64,000 nucleotides of DNA, from assembly GCA_013288135.1 (NCBI GenBank), contig JABDCL010000004.1:19949-83948 (forward strand), read 5' to 3'. Origin of the DNA: Gammaproteobacteria bacterium. Lineage in GTDB: Bacteria > Pseudomonadota > Gammaproteobacteria > UBA6186 > Azoamicaceae. Every line of letters begins with the position of its first letter. Positions within the stretch are counted from its first letter, which is position 1. The translations under genes were made by a program, and so were the position numbers. This document shows positions 37,708 through 46,944 of this stretch, piece after piece. Under the pieces are notes generated by a model that saw nothing but the letters and a program-made list of their open reading frames with translations, was not told the origin of the DNA and did not search any database.

Positions 37708-37724
37708 GGGTTAGGGGGGATTTT
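37708..37724. repeat. Solo arm of the poly-G palindromic element (GGGTTAGGGGGGATTTT)
   Basis: Same motif as an arm of the element at 55861..55940. It contains the stop codon and last codons (NQNPP*) of the ygfX-like gene. Confidence 0.6.
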
Positions 37725-38151
37725 GATTTAAGCGAAGCAGTAAAGCTCTGAATTCATGAGGGGTTAAGATATCTTTGGGTATAATCACGCTTATTTTGCG
37801 ATCTTTAAGACGTAATCTAAGGATAATAAGCCAAGCACTTTTAAAACTATCCCCTTGTAATTCCCCTAAAGCACTCAGACCATATCTAAAGTGACACCCA
37901 AATCGACCTTTAGAGTCTTGCCAAATTCTAATGACTGAACGAGAAGCTTTACGAAATACATGCGTTTTAAGTGTTTGAAAGTAACTAAAACCTAATAAGG
38001 CACCTCCCCCTATTTTTAAAATGAGAGGAATTGGCAGTGTCAAAAAAATCCCAATACCCCCCAAATAGCTGAAGGTAATTAAAAGAAACAGGATCCGTGA
38101 GTACCCCAATGCAAATTCTAGGGAGTGCCCAACATTCTTAAGCGAATACAT
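37711..38151 (-). CDS. YgfX (CptA)-like inner-membrane protein
   Basis: 146 aa with two N-terminal TM helices, directly downstream of and overlapping sdhE as in E. coli sdhE-ygfX. The call rests mainly on synteny. Confidence 0.45.
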   Translation of the reverse strand: MYSLKNVGHSLEFALGYSRILFLLITFSYLGGIGIFLTLPIPLILKIGGGALLGFSYFQTLKTHVFRKASRSVIRIWQDSKGRFGCHFRYGLSALGELQGDSFKSAWLIILRLRLKDRKISVIIPKDILTPHEFRALLLRLNQNPP

Positions 38152-38378
38152 TCAACTATTGCCTTTAAAATAGGATTTTCTGGTACATCCTGACCCATTA
38201 ACCATTGATACAAATCTGGATCAGGGGCTTCTAATAAATGAATAAATGCTTCCTGTTGGCTTAAAGTTAAAGTATCATAAGCTTGATCAAAAAATGAAAT
38301 TAATAGAATATCAAGCTCTAACATGCCTCTTCGACACTGCCAACGCACTTTATTTGGGGGCAATATTTTGGTTTCCAT
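38118..38378 (-). CDS. sdhE: FAD assembly factor SdhE (YgfY, DUF339)
   Basis: RWQCRRGMLELDILL..F motif. Divergent from ygfZ as in E. coli. Confidence 0.8.
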   Translation of the reverse strand: METKILPPNKVRWQCRRGMLELDILLISFFDQAYDTLTLSQQEAFIHLLEAPDPDLYQWLMGQDVPENPILKAIVECIRLRMLGTP

Positions 38379-38390
38379 GGAGAACTTCCT

Positions 38391-39345
38391 ATGTCCAATT
38401 TTGATTCAGGTTTAGCTTTAACGATTACCGAACTTAAAGATTATGCACTAATCAGCGTTTCAGGCCCAGATGCTTTAAAATTTTTACAAGGTCAATTAAC
38501 ATGTGACATGCAAAATATCATTGAAACTCGTCATCAATTAGGTGCTTATTGTAACCTAAAAGGACGAGTTATTGCACTATTTAGAATCTTCTTAAAAAAC
38601 AATACTTATTATTTACAACTTCCTGTAGGATTAGTTGACAACACTCTTAAAAAACTAAAAACATGGCATGTTTTCAAAAATTTCTATTCAAGATGAAAGT
38701 CATCAATGGCAAAAAATTGGCGTGAGTGGAAGGGATGCCGACAAAATATTATCTGAAATTTTGAACAAAAATATTATTTATGAAGCTAATCACGCAAAAC
38801 AAATAGAAAGAGATCTTCAACAACATATTTTTAATGATACTAATGATATTCTTATTTTATCGTTACCTGGAAATGAACCGAGATTCGAACTAATAGCCCC
38901 ATCCACTTCATCTTCTTTGACAACACTTTGGGAAATACTTTCGCAACAAGCAGAGATTCAAGACTTAGAATATTGGAAATTATTAGATATTCGTTCGGGA
39001 ATCCCAGAAATATGGCCAGAAACAACTGAGCAACTACTACCACATTATATTAACTTGCCTCAACTGAACGCAGTGAGTTTTACCAAAGGGTGTTATTGTG
39101 GGCAAGAAATTATTGCTAGAATGGAATACCGTGCCAAAATTAAACGTCACATGATTCATGCAATTTTACCAAATACCCGTCAAGTGCCTGTTCCTGGGAC
39201 CTTGTTATTTGAAAAAAATGAGGAGAATAGCGATCAAACAAAAGATATTGGGACCGTTGTTACCGCCAGTCCAACTGCAACAGGGGTTGAGATGCTAATA
39301 GAAGTTCTTGACGAATATGCCACAAATTGGAGGTGTTTAGTTTAG
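38391..39345 (+). pseudogene. ygfZ: tRNA-modifying folate-binding protein YgfZ, interrupted by a frameshift near 38668..38696
   Basis: ORFs 38391..38696 and 38668..39345 together give a collinear YgfZ. The conserved K.Y.VFSK block is split between frames. C-terminal KGCY.GQE motif is present. Confidence 0.7.
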
Positions 39346-39422
39346 GTGTCAATTGACATTGGACATACTTTGGAACGTTATAAAAGAGAAAAGTGTTGTG
39401 TCCAATGTCAAGATTTGACACC
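39345..39422. mobile_element. 78-bp MITE (GGTGTCAAATCTTGACATTGGACA family; left arm lacks 3 nt (ATC))
   Basis: GGTGTCAATTGACATTGGACA ... TGTCCAATGTCAAGATTTGACACC. It touches the ygfZ stop and contains the stop of the convergent gene. Confidence 0.85.
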
Positions 39423-40628
39423 ATGCACTATTGCAGTTGCCACTGTTTCTGCTGCTGGTTCTCTCGCAACATTTGCAAGATCAGTGGCTATAATTGATAT
39501 AGGCTTTACACTCTTTTCTACTTTATCTACAACAAAACCTTGTGCCCGACCTTCTCGCAAAATTGATTCCATTTGTTTAATATGAGTCGCATTCGCACTG
39601 CCTATTTGTACAAGATTAAGCTGTGTTTTTGGTAGAACATCTCTTATTTCGCTCATATTAGAACTGGAATCTATGGTTACATACATTTTTGCAGTAGGAT
39701 TTTCAAGCACTAACCCTATAAAAGGCTGATAAGCACTCGGTGGCTGAGGTTCTTTTTTTATGTAATTGACCAAGAGATAAGAAACTTCTTTTGTTTTTAA
39801 TACATTTTCAAAAGCTTTTGTGACTTTATCCAATTCAAGCTCTTTACCCTCTTTACTTTCTTTATGAACTTTACCTGCTGCAAAGAGATCTTCTCCCGTT
39901 ACAGGGTTAAATTTACCAGTTCTCGGTCCATTCGTTACTAATACTGTGGCACCCATCTCCCTTGCTTCTTTTGCAATGAATTCTGCAAAAACTGCTGCTT
40001 CTTCCGGAAGAAAGTAACGTTGTTTGTTTAAACTGTCTGGCGCATCCCCACCTAAAATAACTGCTATATATCGATCTGCAGGGGGTATGGCTTTAACTGT
40101 TAGGTTTTTACGCCAATTATCAAGGGCGCTTCTTACAAAGCTTGATGTCACCCGATGTGGAATACCATTCATAGTAACTATTTGAGTTTTAATATAATGA
40201 TAATTTTGATGATCTTTACGAGCTTTTTCATCAGCACTTTTTAATTTCTCAAGAATTTCTTCATCAATCGCATTTTCATCAAATGCCATGATATTAATTT
40301 TTCCTTGAAGATCTATGGCTTCTTCAATAAATTGGTGGGATGAAAAAACGGTAAATAATTTATTTTTAAGTTCAAGTTCAGACTCTTCAGAAATTCTCTT
40401 TAAAACCTTAAGACCCGCAGTTCCAATACCACAAACAATAGCTTTATTCAAATTAGGTACTTTTAAATTTTGATTAAGTACTTCTTTTTTAAATTCCAAG
40501 AATTGATCACCAGTCCATTCTTTAATCATTACCTGGCCAGAGGGATATTTCTCCTTAAAGGTTTCAGCAATCGCTAAAGCATGATTACGATCCCCCATAA
40601 GATTTTTATCAGTAAAAAAATGAAACAT
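39408..40628 (-). CDS. ELM1/DUF1022-like putative glycosyltransferase-fold protein
   Basis: IAVILGGDAPD, VLVTNGPRTGK and MYVTIDSSSNMSEI resemble ELM1-family motifs (vLiGG, SRRTP, vT.DSvSM.sEA). The last 5 codons and stop are MITE-encoded. Confidence 0.45.
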   Translation of the reverse strand: MFHFFTDKNLMGDRNHALAIAETFKEKYPSGQVMIKEWTGDQFLEFKKEVLNQNLKVPNLNKAIVCGIGTAGLKVLKRISEESELELKNKLFTVFSSHQFIEEAIDLQGKINIMAFDENAIDEEILEKLKSADEKARKDHQNYHYIKTQIVTMNGIPHRVTSSFVRSALDNWRKNLTVKAIPPADRYIAVILGGDAPDSLNKQRYFLPEEAAVFAEFIAKEAREMGATVLVTNGPRTGKFNPVTGEDLFAAGKVHKESKEGKELELDKVTKAFENVLKTKEVSYLLVNYIKKEPQPPSAYQPFIGLVLENPTAKMYVTIDSSSNMSEIRDVLPKTQLNLVQIGSANATHIKQMESILREGRAQGFVVDKVEKSVKPISIIATDLANVAREPAAETVATAIVHGVKS

Positions 40629-42208
40629 TACACCGGTCTCATATGGGGAAATAATAACACATCTCGTATAGATGGCGAATCCGTTAACAGCATCACTAAA
40701 CGATCAATACCTATACCCTCCCCTGCTGTGGGTGGCAAACCATGTTCCAAAGCAGTAATGTAATCAGCATCATAATGCATGGCTTCTTCATCGCCTGCTG
40801 CTTTATTCGTCGCTTGCTTTTGAAATCGTTCGGCTTGATCTTCAGGATCATTCAACTCTGAAAAAAGATTGGCAATCTCACGGCCGGCAATATATAATTC
40901 AGTGCGATCGGTGATGGTAGGATCTTGATCATTGCATCGTGCAAGGGGTGATACTTCCGTTGGATATTCCAAAATAAAAGTTGGATTTTGTAATTTTTGT
41001 TCTACTGTTTGTTCAAACAATTCTAATTGCAGTTTTCCTAAACCCCAATTTTTTTCTACTTTAATCCCCAAGTCGCTCAAAATTTTTGTTAAAATAGTGC
41101 TGTCTTGCAGATCACTCAACTTAACAGCAGAATTATACTTTACAATGGCTTCTTTAATAGTAAGACGTTGAAAAGGCTTTTCAAAATCGATAGTGTTACC
41201 TTGATAATTAACGCTTAAATTGCCTAATACTTTCTGCACAATTTCTCTTAATAAAATTTCTGTCAGATCCATAAAATCCTTAAAATCTGCATAGGCTTGA
41301 TAAAATTCTAACATGGTAAATTCAGGATTATGACGCGTTGATAAGCCTTCGTTTCTAAAATTACGGTTAATTTCAAATACTTTTTCAAAACCACCGACCA
41401 CCAGTCGCTTTAAATATAATTCTGGTGCAACCCGTAAATAAAGATCCATATTTAAGGCATTATGATGTGTCATAAAAGGTCTGGCAGTGGCACCTCCTGG
41501 AATAACTTGCATCATTGGTGTTTCGACTTCTAAAAAGCCTTGGTGAGTTAAAAATTCGCGAATGGCTTGGATCACTTTTGATCGAATAACAAAAGTACGA
41601 CGCGCATGCTCATTTACAATCAAATCTAAATAACGCTGTCTATAGCGAATTTCTTGATCATGTAAACCATGCCACTTATCCGGCAAAGGACGTAAGGATT
41701 TGGTTAACAGCCGAATATCTTGAACTTTAACGGATAATTCACCGGTTTTTGTTTTAAATAGGGTCCCCCTGACCCCCAAAATATCGCCTAAATCCCAAGT
41801 TTGAAATTGATCATAGCGATCTTCTGATACTTCTGATATTTCTGATACGTCTGATCCTTTTGGTACTTCTGATAAAACGTCTTTCCGAATATAGAGCTGC
41901 ATTCTGCCTGACATATCCTGAAGATGTACAAAGCTGGCTTTTCCCATCACCCGACGCGTCATCATGCGTCCTGCTAAAGTGACCAAAATCGGATTTGCTT
42001 CTAACTCCGTATTTTCTTTATCTCCATATTTTAAATGCAAATCGGCTGCTAAATTTTGGCGGCGAAAATCATTCGGAAAAGCGTTTCCTGCTTTTCGCAA
42101 TTCTGATAATTTGGATTTACGTTGTGCAATTTGTTCATTGGTATCTAAAACTTGTTCCGTCACTTGCTCTGTAACGTGTTCATCTCGTTTATCTTTTGTA
42201 TCTGTCAT
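40628..42208 (-). CDS. lysS: Lysine--tRNA ligase (class II)
   Basis: OB-fold N-domain plus class II core ([15 protein letters not shown]). Synteny prfB-lysS. Confidence 0.95.
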   Translation of the reverse strand: MTDTKDKRDEHVTEQVTEQVLDTNEQIAQRKSKLSELRKAGNAFPNDFRRQNLAADLHLKYGDKENTELEANPILVTLAGRMMTRRVMGKASFVHLQDMSGRMQLYIRKDVLSEVPKGSDVSEISEVSEDRYDQFQTWDLGDILGVRGTLFKTKTGELSVKVQDIRLLTKSLRPLPDKWHGLHDQEIRYRQRYLDLIVNEHARRTFVIRSKVIQAIREFLTHQGFLEVETPMMQVIPGGATARPFMTHHNALNMDLYLRVAPELYLKRLVVGGFEKVFEINRNFRNEGLSTRHNPEFTMLEFYQAYADFKDFMDLTEILLREIVQKVLGNLSVNYQGNTIDFEKPFQRLTIKEAIVKYNSAVKLSDLQDSTILTKILSDLGIKVEKNWGLGKLQLELFEQTVEQKLQNPTFILEYPTEVSPLARCNDQDPTITDRTELYIAGREIANLFSELNDPEDQAERFQKQATNKAAGDEEAMHYDADYITALEHGLPPTAGEGIGIDRLVMLLTDSPSIRDVLLFPHMRPV

Positions 42209-43300
42209 AAACCTTCCTTTAAGCTCGCTTCGATAAAGGGATCTAAATTTCCATCTAATACATCCCCAGTATTTGTCATTTCAACACCCGTGCGTAAATC
42301 TTTTATACGGGATTGATCAAGAACGTACGATCGGATCTGGCTGCCCCAACCAATATCCGATTTTGTTTCTTCTAACGCTTGTTGTTCTGCACGCCGTTTA
42401 TTATGCTCTAACTCATACAATTTTGCTCTTAATTGCTTCATTGCATTTGAACGATTCTTATGTTGTGAACGATCGCTTTGGCACTGAACAACGGTATTGG
42501 TTGGCAAATGGGTAATTCGGATGGCAGAATCGGTTCGATTCACGTGTTGACCACCCGCACCACTGGCTCTATAAGTATCGATTCGAAGATCGGCTGGATT
42601 AATGTCAATTTCAATATCATCTTCTACTTCAGGATAAACGAATACCGAGGCAAAAGAAGTATGACGACGATTCCCAGAATCAAAGGGAGATTTTCGAACC
42701 AAACGATGAACACCTGTTTCTGTTCTAAGCCAGCCATAAGCAAAATCTCCTTCAAACTTAATGGTAGCACTTTTTATACCGGCAACTTCACCATCCGAAA
42801 CTTCCATAAGAGTTGCTGTAAATCCTTTACGCTCTCCCCATCTTAAATACATTCTTAATAACATATCTGCCCAATCTTGGGCTTCTGTTCCCCCTGAGCC
42901 TGATTGAATATCCATAAAAGCATTGCAAGGATCCATTTTACCTGGAAACATGCGTTCGAATTCTAATTTTTCAACAGAAGTTTTTAAATGTTCAACTTCT
43001 TTGGAAACTTCTTGTAGTGTTGCATCATCTTTTTCTTCAAAGGCAAGTTTTAATAATTCTTCTGAATCCAAAAGTCCTAAGTTGAGCGTCTGCAGGGTAT
43101 TAACGATCTGTTCAAGCTCACGTCTTTCACGACCCAAAGATTGGGCTAATGCGGGTGTATTCCAAATAGTAGGATTTTCAAGTTCTCGAGTGACTTCAAT
43201 TAGGCGATCTGCTTTGACATCAAAGTCAAAGCGTCCTCCGTAAATCTTGCGATCTCAGTTTTAAGTCTTTAATTGTATTAATTATTAAATTAATTTCCAT
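42205..43300 (-). CDS. prfB: Peptide chain release factor 2 (requires programmed +1 frameshift)
   Basis: Frame 0 reads [24 protein letters not shown] then TGA. The +1 frame continues [12 protein letters not shown]... into ORF 42205..43137, which carries SPF and GGQ motifs. Confidence 0.95.
43225..43231 (-). promoter_or_regulatory. prfB: RF2 +1 frameshift site CTT TGA C
   Basis: The plus strand reads GTCAAAG. On the minus strand the internal SD-like GGAGGA lies 3 nt (ACG) upstream of CTT. Confidence 0.9.
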
Positions 43301-43339
43301 CATAAAATAATTTTACCCATTTTTATTATGATACCACAA

Positions 43340-43419
43340 GGGGCCGGCCTCTGTGCCGGCCCGCGTAGGGGCCGGCCTCTGTGCCGGCCCACTGTAGGGG
43401 CCGGTCTCTGTGCCGGCCC
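43340..43419 (-). repeat. Three tandem GC-rich REP hairpins (28-bp period)
   Basis: (TGTA)GGGGCCGG(C/T)CTCTGTGCCGGCCC repeated three times. The last C is the first base of the TetR stop codon. Confidence 0.9.
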
Positions 43420-44027
43420 TATGCGACTTCAGCTGATCTCGAAGTTGAACCTGTTTTAGAACTGGCAATCAATTTCTCTAGCCAATCCTGAATTGTCTTC
43501 GCTTGACGAATGGCTAATTTGGGATCTTTAAAAGTATGTGTTAATAAATACATACCTTGAATATTGGATACCAAATTTAAAGCCAAATCATAGGATTTTT
43601 CACCAAATCCTAAAGACTTAAACTGAGTTTCACTCCAGGTTAAAAGATCATGCAACAATTTCGCGGCTTGATCTGCTAAAGAGCCACCCTGCTTGCCCAG
43701 TTCTTGGCATAAACCACCGACTGAACAACCATAGCGTGCAATGAGTTCTAACTCTTCTGTATTGATATGCAGCAATGAAAGTAAGCGAGCTCTTGGGTCG
43801 GAATTTTCTTCCAATTTTGTCAAGTACTCGGCAATTTCACCAGCGCGTTTTTCAATAACAGCTTCGCCAATAGCCTCTTTAGTTTTAAAATAATAATAGA
43901 CATTACCAAGAGGTACATCTGCTTCCTGGGCAATATCTGCTAATGTTGTTAAGTTAAAGCCCTGTCGGTGTATTAACACTTTAGCAGCTTCAATTAATCT
44001 AACTCGTTTATCAGTTTTCCGTGGCAT
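43419..44027 (-). CDS. TetR/AcrR family transcriptional regulator
   Basis: N-terminal HTH region RLIEAAKVLIHRQGFNLTTLADIAQEADVPLGNVYYYF. Start placed at ATG 44027. The track ORF starts at GTG 44072. Confidence 0.8.
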   Translation of the reverse strand: MPRKTDKRVRLIEAAKVLIHRQGFNLTTLADIAQEADVPLGNVYYYFKTKEAIGEAVIEKRAGEIAEYLTKLEENSDPRARLLSLLHINTEELELIARYGCSVGGLCQELGKQGGSLADQAAKLLHDLLTWSETQFKSLGFGEKSYDLALNLVSNIQGMYLLTHTFKDPKLAIRQAKTIQDWLEKLIASSKTGSTSRSAEVA

Positions 44028-44082
44028 AGTGTTTATAGATCCATGGTTAAAGTTAAGGGGATCACCCCACACATTACAATCA

Positions 44083-44114
44083 TGGTTATAAATTCAAATT
44101 CGATTTTATAACCA
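44083..44114. promoter_or_regulatory. Inverted repeat TGGTTATAAA-N12-TTTATAACCA (candidate TetR operator)
   Basis: Perfect 10-bp arms located 56-87 nt upstream of the TetR start. Confidence 0.4.
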
Positions 44115-44176
44115 CAATCACCCTCTCACTCATCGAAGGATTATACTAAATCCAACGTTAGTTGAATACTATCAAA

Positions 44177-45478
44177 TTACGCAATATCCCAAGTAAATTG
44201 TAATCCCAAAAGATTTGCACCTGTTCTATATCTACCCGTTAATTGTGCAGGCCCTAATACTGCAGGAGCAGATTCATTTAAGCGAGCCTTCTTAAAGAAG
44301 ACATGTGCGTACCCTAATTCAAGAGCAGCACACTCACTGAATCGGTATTGTGCACCTAACCCTAACCATGTTCGATTAGAATCTGGAATACGGGCTGTTC
44401 TAAATTTATTGCGAGTGGGAGAACGATCGTAAGCCACACCGACTTTTCCTCTCCATTCTGGCGTAAATTGATAAGTGGTTCCCGCAGCAACCCGATAGGT
44501 ATCTTTATATCTTTCCTGCGTAGTAACACTGTGAATTGGAGCGGTATCAGACTTCAGCGTAAGCTCTTTAAAGCGTTTCCAACGAACCCATGAAATATCA
44601 CCCATCAAAGCCCACTGTTCAGTGAGATCGTGATAGGCGCTCAACAAAAGTGTTTCAGGTAATGTAACTCTGGCTCTTACGTCAAAAATTTGTTCAGGAC
44701 CAGCCGCAGGAAATCCAGGGTTACTTACAATTGTTTCTCCCTTCAACTTAACTTTTACTTTTGAACGGAATTGTACACCCACTCGCGTGCAATCGCTTAT
44801 TTCATATAATAAACCTACATGCCAACCCAATCCCCAAGCATCTGCGGTATTTTCAATTGTACCATCTGCTAGAGTACGAGGACCTGGCACAGTTGCCCCA
44901 GTACGAGAATTAAGTTTTGCATAGGCATATAAGGCATCCACCCCTGCACCAACAGATAAACCATTATCAAAAGCATAGGCAAGGCTTGGACCAAGATTAA
45001 CTGTTTGTAATTCTGAACGTGTTGCCATATATCGTGCAACTGAGTTTTGTTTATAAAGCGTTTTTAAACCCCAAGGACTATCCGCACTAAAACCAAAAAC
45101 TAAATTGTCACAGATACGTCTGGCATAATGAAAAGCGGGCACCAATGAATTACCACGCACTTTTGTTCGACCCGTGGATCTAGCAACACCTGTATTGTCT
45201 GTAACTTTTGTCGCTGTAAATTTTGAATCTGGCAGAATTCCGACAGCAGAGAATACAACTTGTTCTTCTCCTAAACGAGTTAAACCGGCTGCATTATAAG
45301 AATTGGTGGATGCATCTTCAGCAATTGATCCTGCACCAGCCCCCGCAAGTCCTACTGTGGCACCCGCCTTTTCTACATAAAGATTAAAAGCTGCTGCTAA
45401 TACGGGGGTAGATAAACTCGTTAATGCACCTGTAACCAGAAGGCCCATAATCCCTTTATAGTAATCCTGCTTTGACAT
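44177..45478 (-). CDS. fadL: Outer-membrane long-chain fatty acid/hydrophobic compound transporter (FadL/OmpP1/TodX family)
   Basis: Signal peptide ending LAAAF, beta-barrel-like alternating pattern, NPAGL-like motif (YNAAGLTRL). Confidence 0.7.
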   Translation of the reverse strand: MSKQDYYKGIMGLLVTGALTSLSTPVLAAAFNLYVEKAGATVGLAGAGAGSIAEDASTNSYNAAGLTRLGEEQVVFSAVGILPDSKFTATKVTDNTGVARSTGRTKVRGNSLVPAFHYARRICDNLVFGFSADSPWGLKTLYKQNSVARYMATRSELQTVNLGPSLAYAFDNGLSVGAGVDALYAYAKLNSRTGATVPGPRTLADGTIENTADAWGLGWHVGLLYEISDCTRVGVQFRSKVKVKLKGETIVSNPGFPAAGPEQIFDVRARVTLPETLLLSAYHDLTEQWALMGDISWVRWKRFKELTLKSDTAPIHSVTTQERYKDTYRVAAGTTYQFTPEWRGKVGVAYDRSPTRNKFRTARIPDSNRTWLGLGAQYRFSECAALELGYAHVFFKKARLNESAPAVLGPAQLTGRYRTGANLLGLQFTWDIA

Positions 45479-45639
45479 ATATAAAATTCCTCCATTAAAT
45501 CTGCAGAGCTTCCGAGTTCCTCAACTAGGAAAGCTATCAATTTCACAATATCCCCCTTTGTAAAATCATTGTCAAATAGGTCAACACATAGTTTTTAACT
45601 TTTTTATTTTGTTGGATTACATTCTAAATGGGATTAAAT

Positions 45640-45651
45640 GGTGTCAGACAC
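45640..45651. repeat. IS-end-like motif GGTGTCAGACAC
   Basis: Matches the outer 12 nt of the IS4-family element terminus and is preceded by AT, as at the IS. Confidence 0.4.
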
Positions 45652-45677
45652 TTCTCAGACACCTTTTGACATTTTTT

Positions 45678-45704
45678 GGGCCGGTACAGAGACCGGCCCC
45701 TACA
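45678..45704 (+). repeat. GC-rich REP hairpin GGGCCGGTACAGAGACCGGCCCCTACA
   Basis: Ends one base before the stop codon (45705..45707) of the adjacent gene. Confidence 0.85.
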
Positions 45705-46925
45705 TCATTTTCTTTTAGGGCGAGCAACTGGAACTCTGCGAGAGGGGGTGGATGTTCGAGAAACATTTCCAGATGTTCGAGCACCAATCCCAGAAGTTCG
45801 AGAAGCTGGCGCAGATGTTGGAGTAACAGTCCCAGGTGTTCCTACTACTATAGCTATAGCCCCCAATTTTGGTGCTTCTCTTTGAGCCCTCGCCATTGCT
45901 GGAACTAAAGTGGCACTCGTACTTACTGTACCAGCTCCAGAACTAACACTGCCATTAGCTGCCAACTCCACACGGTGCTCCGCGTACTCTTTCCCTCTTT
46001 CATCTTCTTTCTTTTCTTTCGATTTTCTTTCTGGTCTCGATTCTCGATCTGCTTCATCACCACCACCACTGTTTATTCCAATGCTAGTAAATGTACCAGG
46101 GCTTGGTACCGTTAATTGGGGTGCAGAAGTATTGGAGTTACCCTTTTTACAAGAACAATTTTCGATACACGAACAACACTTTGTGATTGCAGAGGAACAG
46201 CCAGATTTTACTTCATATATAAAGCGATTTCTAAATTCATAATATAATGTACAAAGTGTGTAACCTACTGTAGCGCCCCCAGCACCAATTGAAACTGGAA
46301 CTGCCCAAGCAGGCAAGGTAATTAAACCAGCCGCATGCAAAATACCTACACCTGCGCTTGTTAATCCAAATGCGATGGCACCTTTTATACCATAGGTTTG
46401 TTTTTTACTATTTCTAGCTCTTGCTCGAACTACTTCAATGATATCAGAGATCAGGTATCCATGCCCTGTAACAGGAACCAATCCTTGAGCATTTCGTTTA
46501 AACTCCGCTTCTTCTCCAGCAACCAAGTCTTTGATTTGAGCGTAATCTGATGTAAAATCTTTTCCATTATCAAGTGTAATGGTAGTCTGTAATCTATCGA
46601 TCAATTGGCCCTTCTTGTTATAGAAATAAGCATCATATTTGATTTCATCTTCCTCTCCCTCATTACCAGGTATAATCTTTTCCACAAGAACCAGAGCATT
46701 TTTTGGTTTGGCTGTTTTTTTAGGCCAAGGTTTTTTTCTTATATAAAGCGCTGCTCCATCCCATGTTTCTTCTGCTTTTATTTTATTGGCTCTGCGAACA
46801 ATCGATTTTTTCCTACCATTTTGATCTGCTTGTTTTGCATCAGGAAATCTAGCTACGGAAGATCCAAAACCAACACCGGTACCGGCACTTACGACGCTGC
46901 TTTTAATAGGGGGGTGTGCACTCAT
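45705..46925 (-). CDS. Hypothetical membrane protein with bilobed hydrophobic segment, Cys-rich patch and basic Ser/Thr/Pro/Gly tail
   Basis: About 48 hydrophobic residues (GAIAFGLTSAGVGILHAAGLITLPAWAVPVSIGAGGATVGYTLCTLYY), then SGCSSAITKCCSCIENCSCKKG, with RTSG-type repeats at the C-terminus. Confidence 0.7.
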   Translation of the reverse strand: MSAHPPIKSSVVSAGTGVGFGSSVARFPDAKQADQNGRKKSIVRRANKIKAEETWDGAALYIRKKPWPKKTAKPKNALVLVEKIIPGNEGEEDEIKYDAYFYNKKGQLIDRLQTTITLDNGKDFTSDYAQIKDLVAGEEAEFKRNAQGLVPVTGHGYLISDIIEVVRARARNSKKQTYGIKGAIAFGLTSAGVGILHAAGLITLPAWAVPVSIGAGGATVGYTLCTLYYEFRNRFIYEVKSGCSSAITKCCSCIENCSCKKGNSNTSAPQLTVPSPGTFTSIGINSGGGDEADRESRPERKSKEKKEDERGKEYAEHRVELAANGSVSSGAGTVSTSATLVPAMARAQREAPKLGAIAIVVGTPGTVTPTSAPASRTSGIGARTSGNVSRTSTPSRRVPVARPKRK

Positions 46926-46944
46926 TTAATTATCTCCAAAAAGA

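Noticed and set aside
43340-43419. Possible mini-CRISPR (three GC-rich palindromic repeats at regular spacing)
   Set aside because: The 28-bp period leaves no spacers because the repeats are contiguous. The same unit is dispersed singly across the window and no cas genes are nearby.
45609-46242. Plus-strand ORFs 45609..45908, 45676..45885 and 45910..46242
   Set aside because: They are antisense to the longer 406-aa ORF and partly start inside the REP or IS-end-like motifs. Their open frames are explained by the locally GC-rich low-complexity tail of the minus-strand gene.
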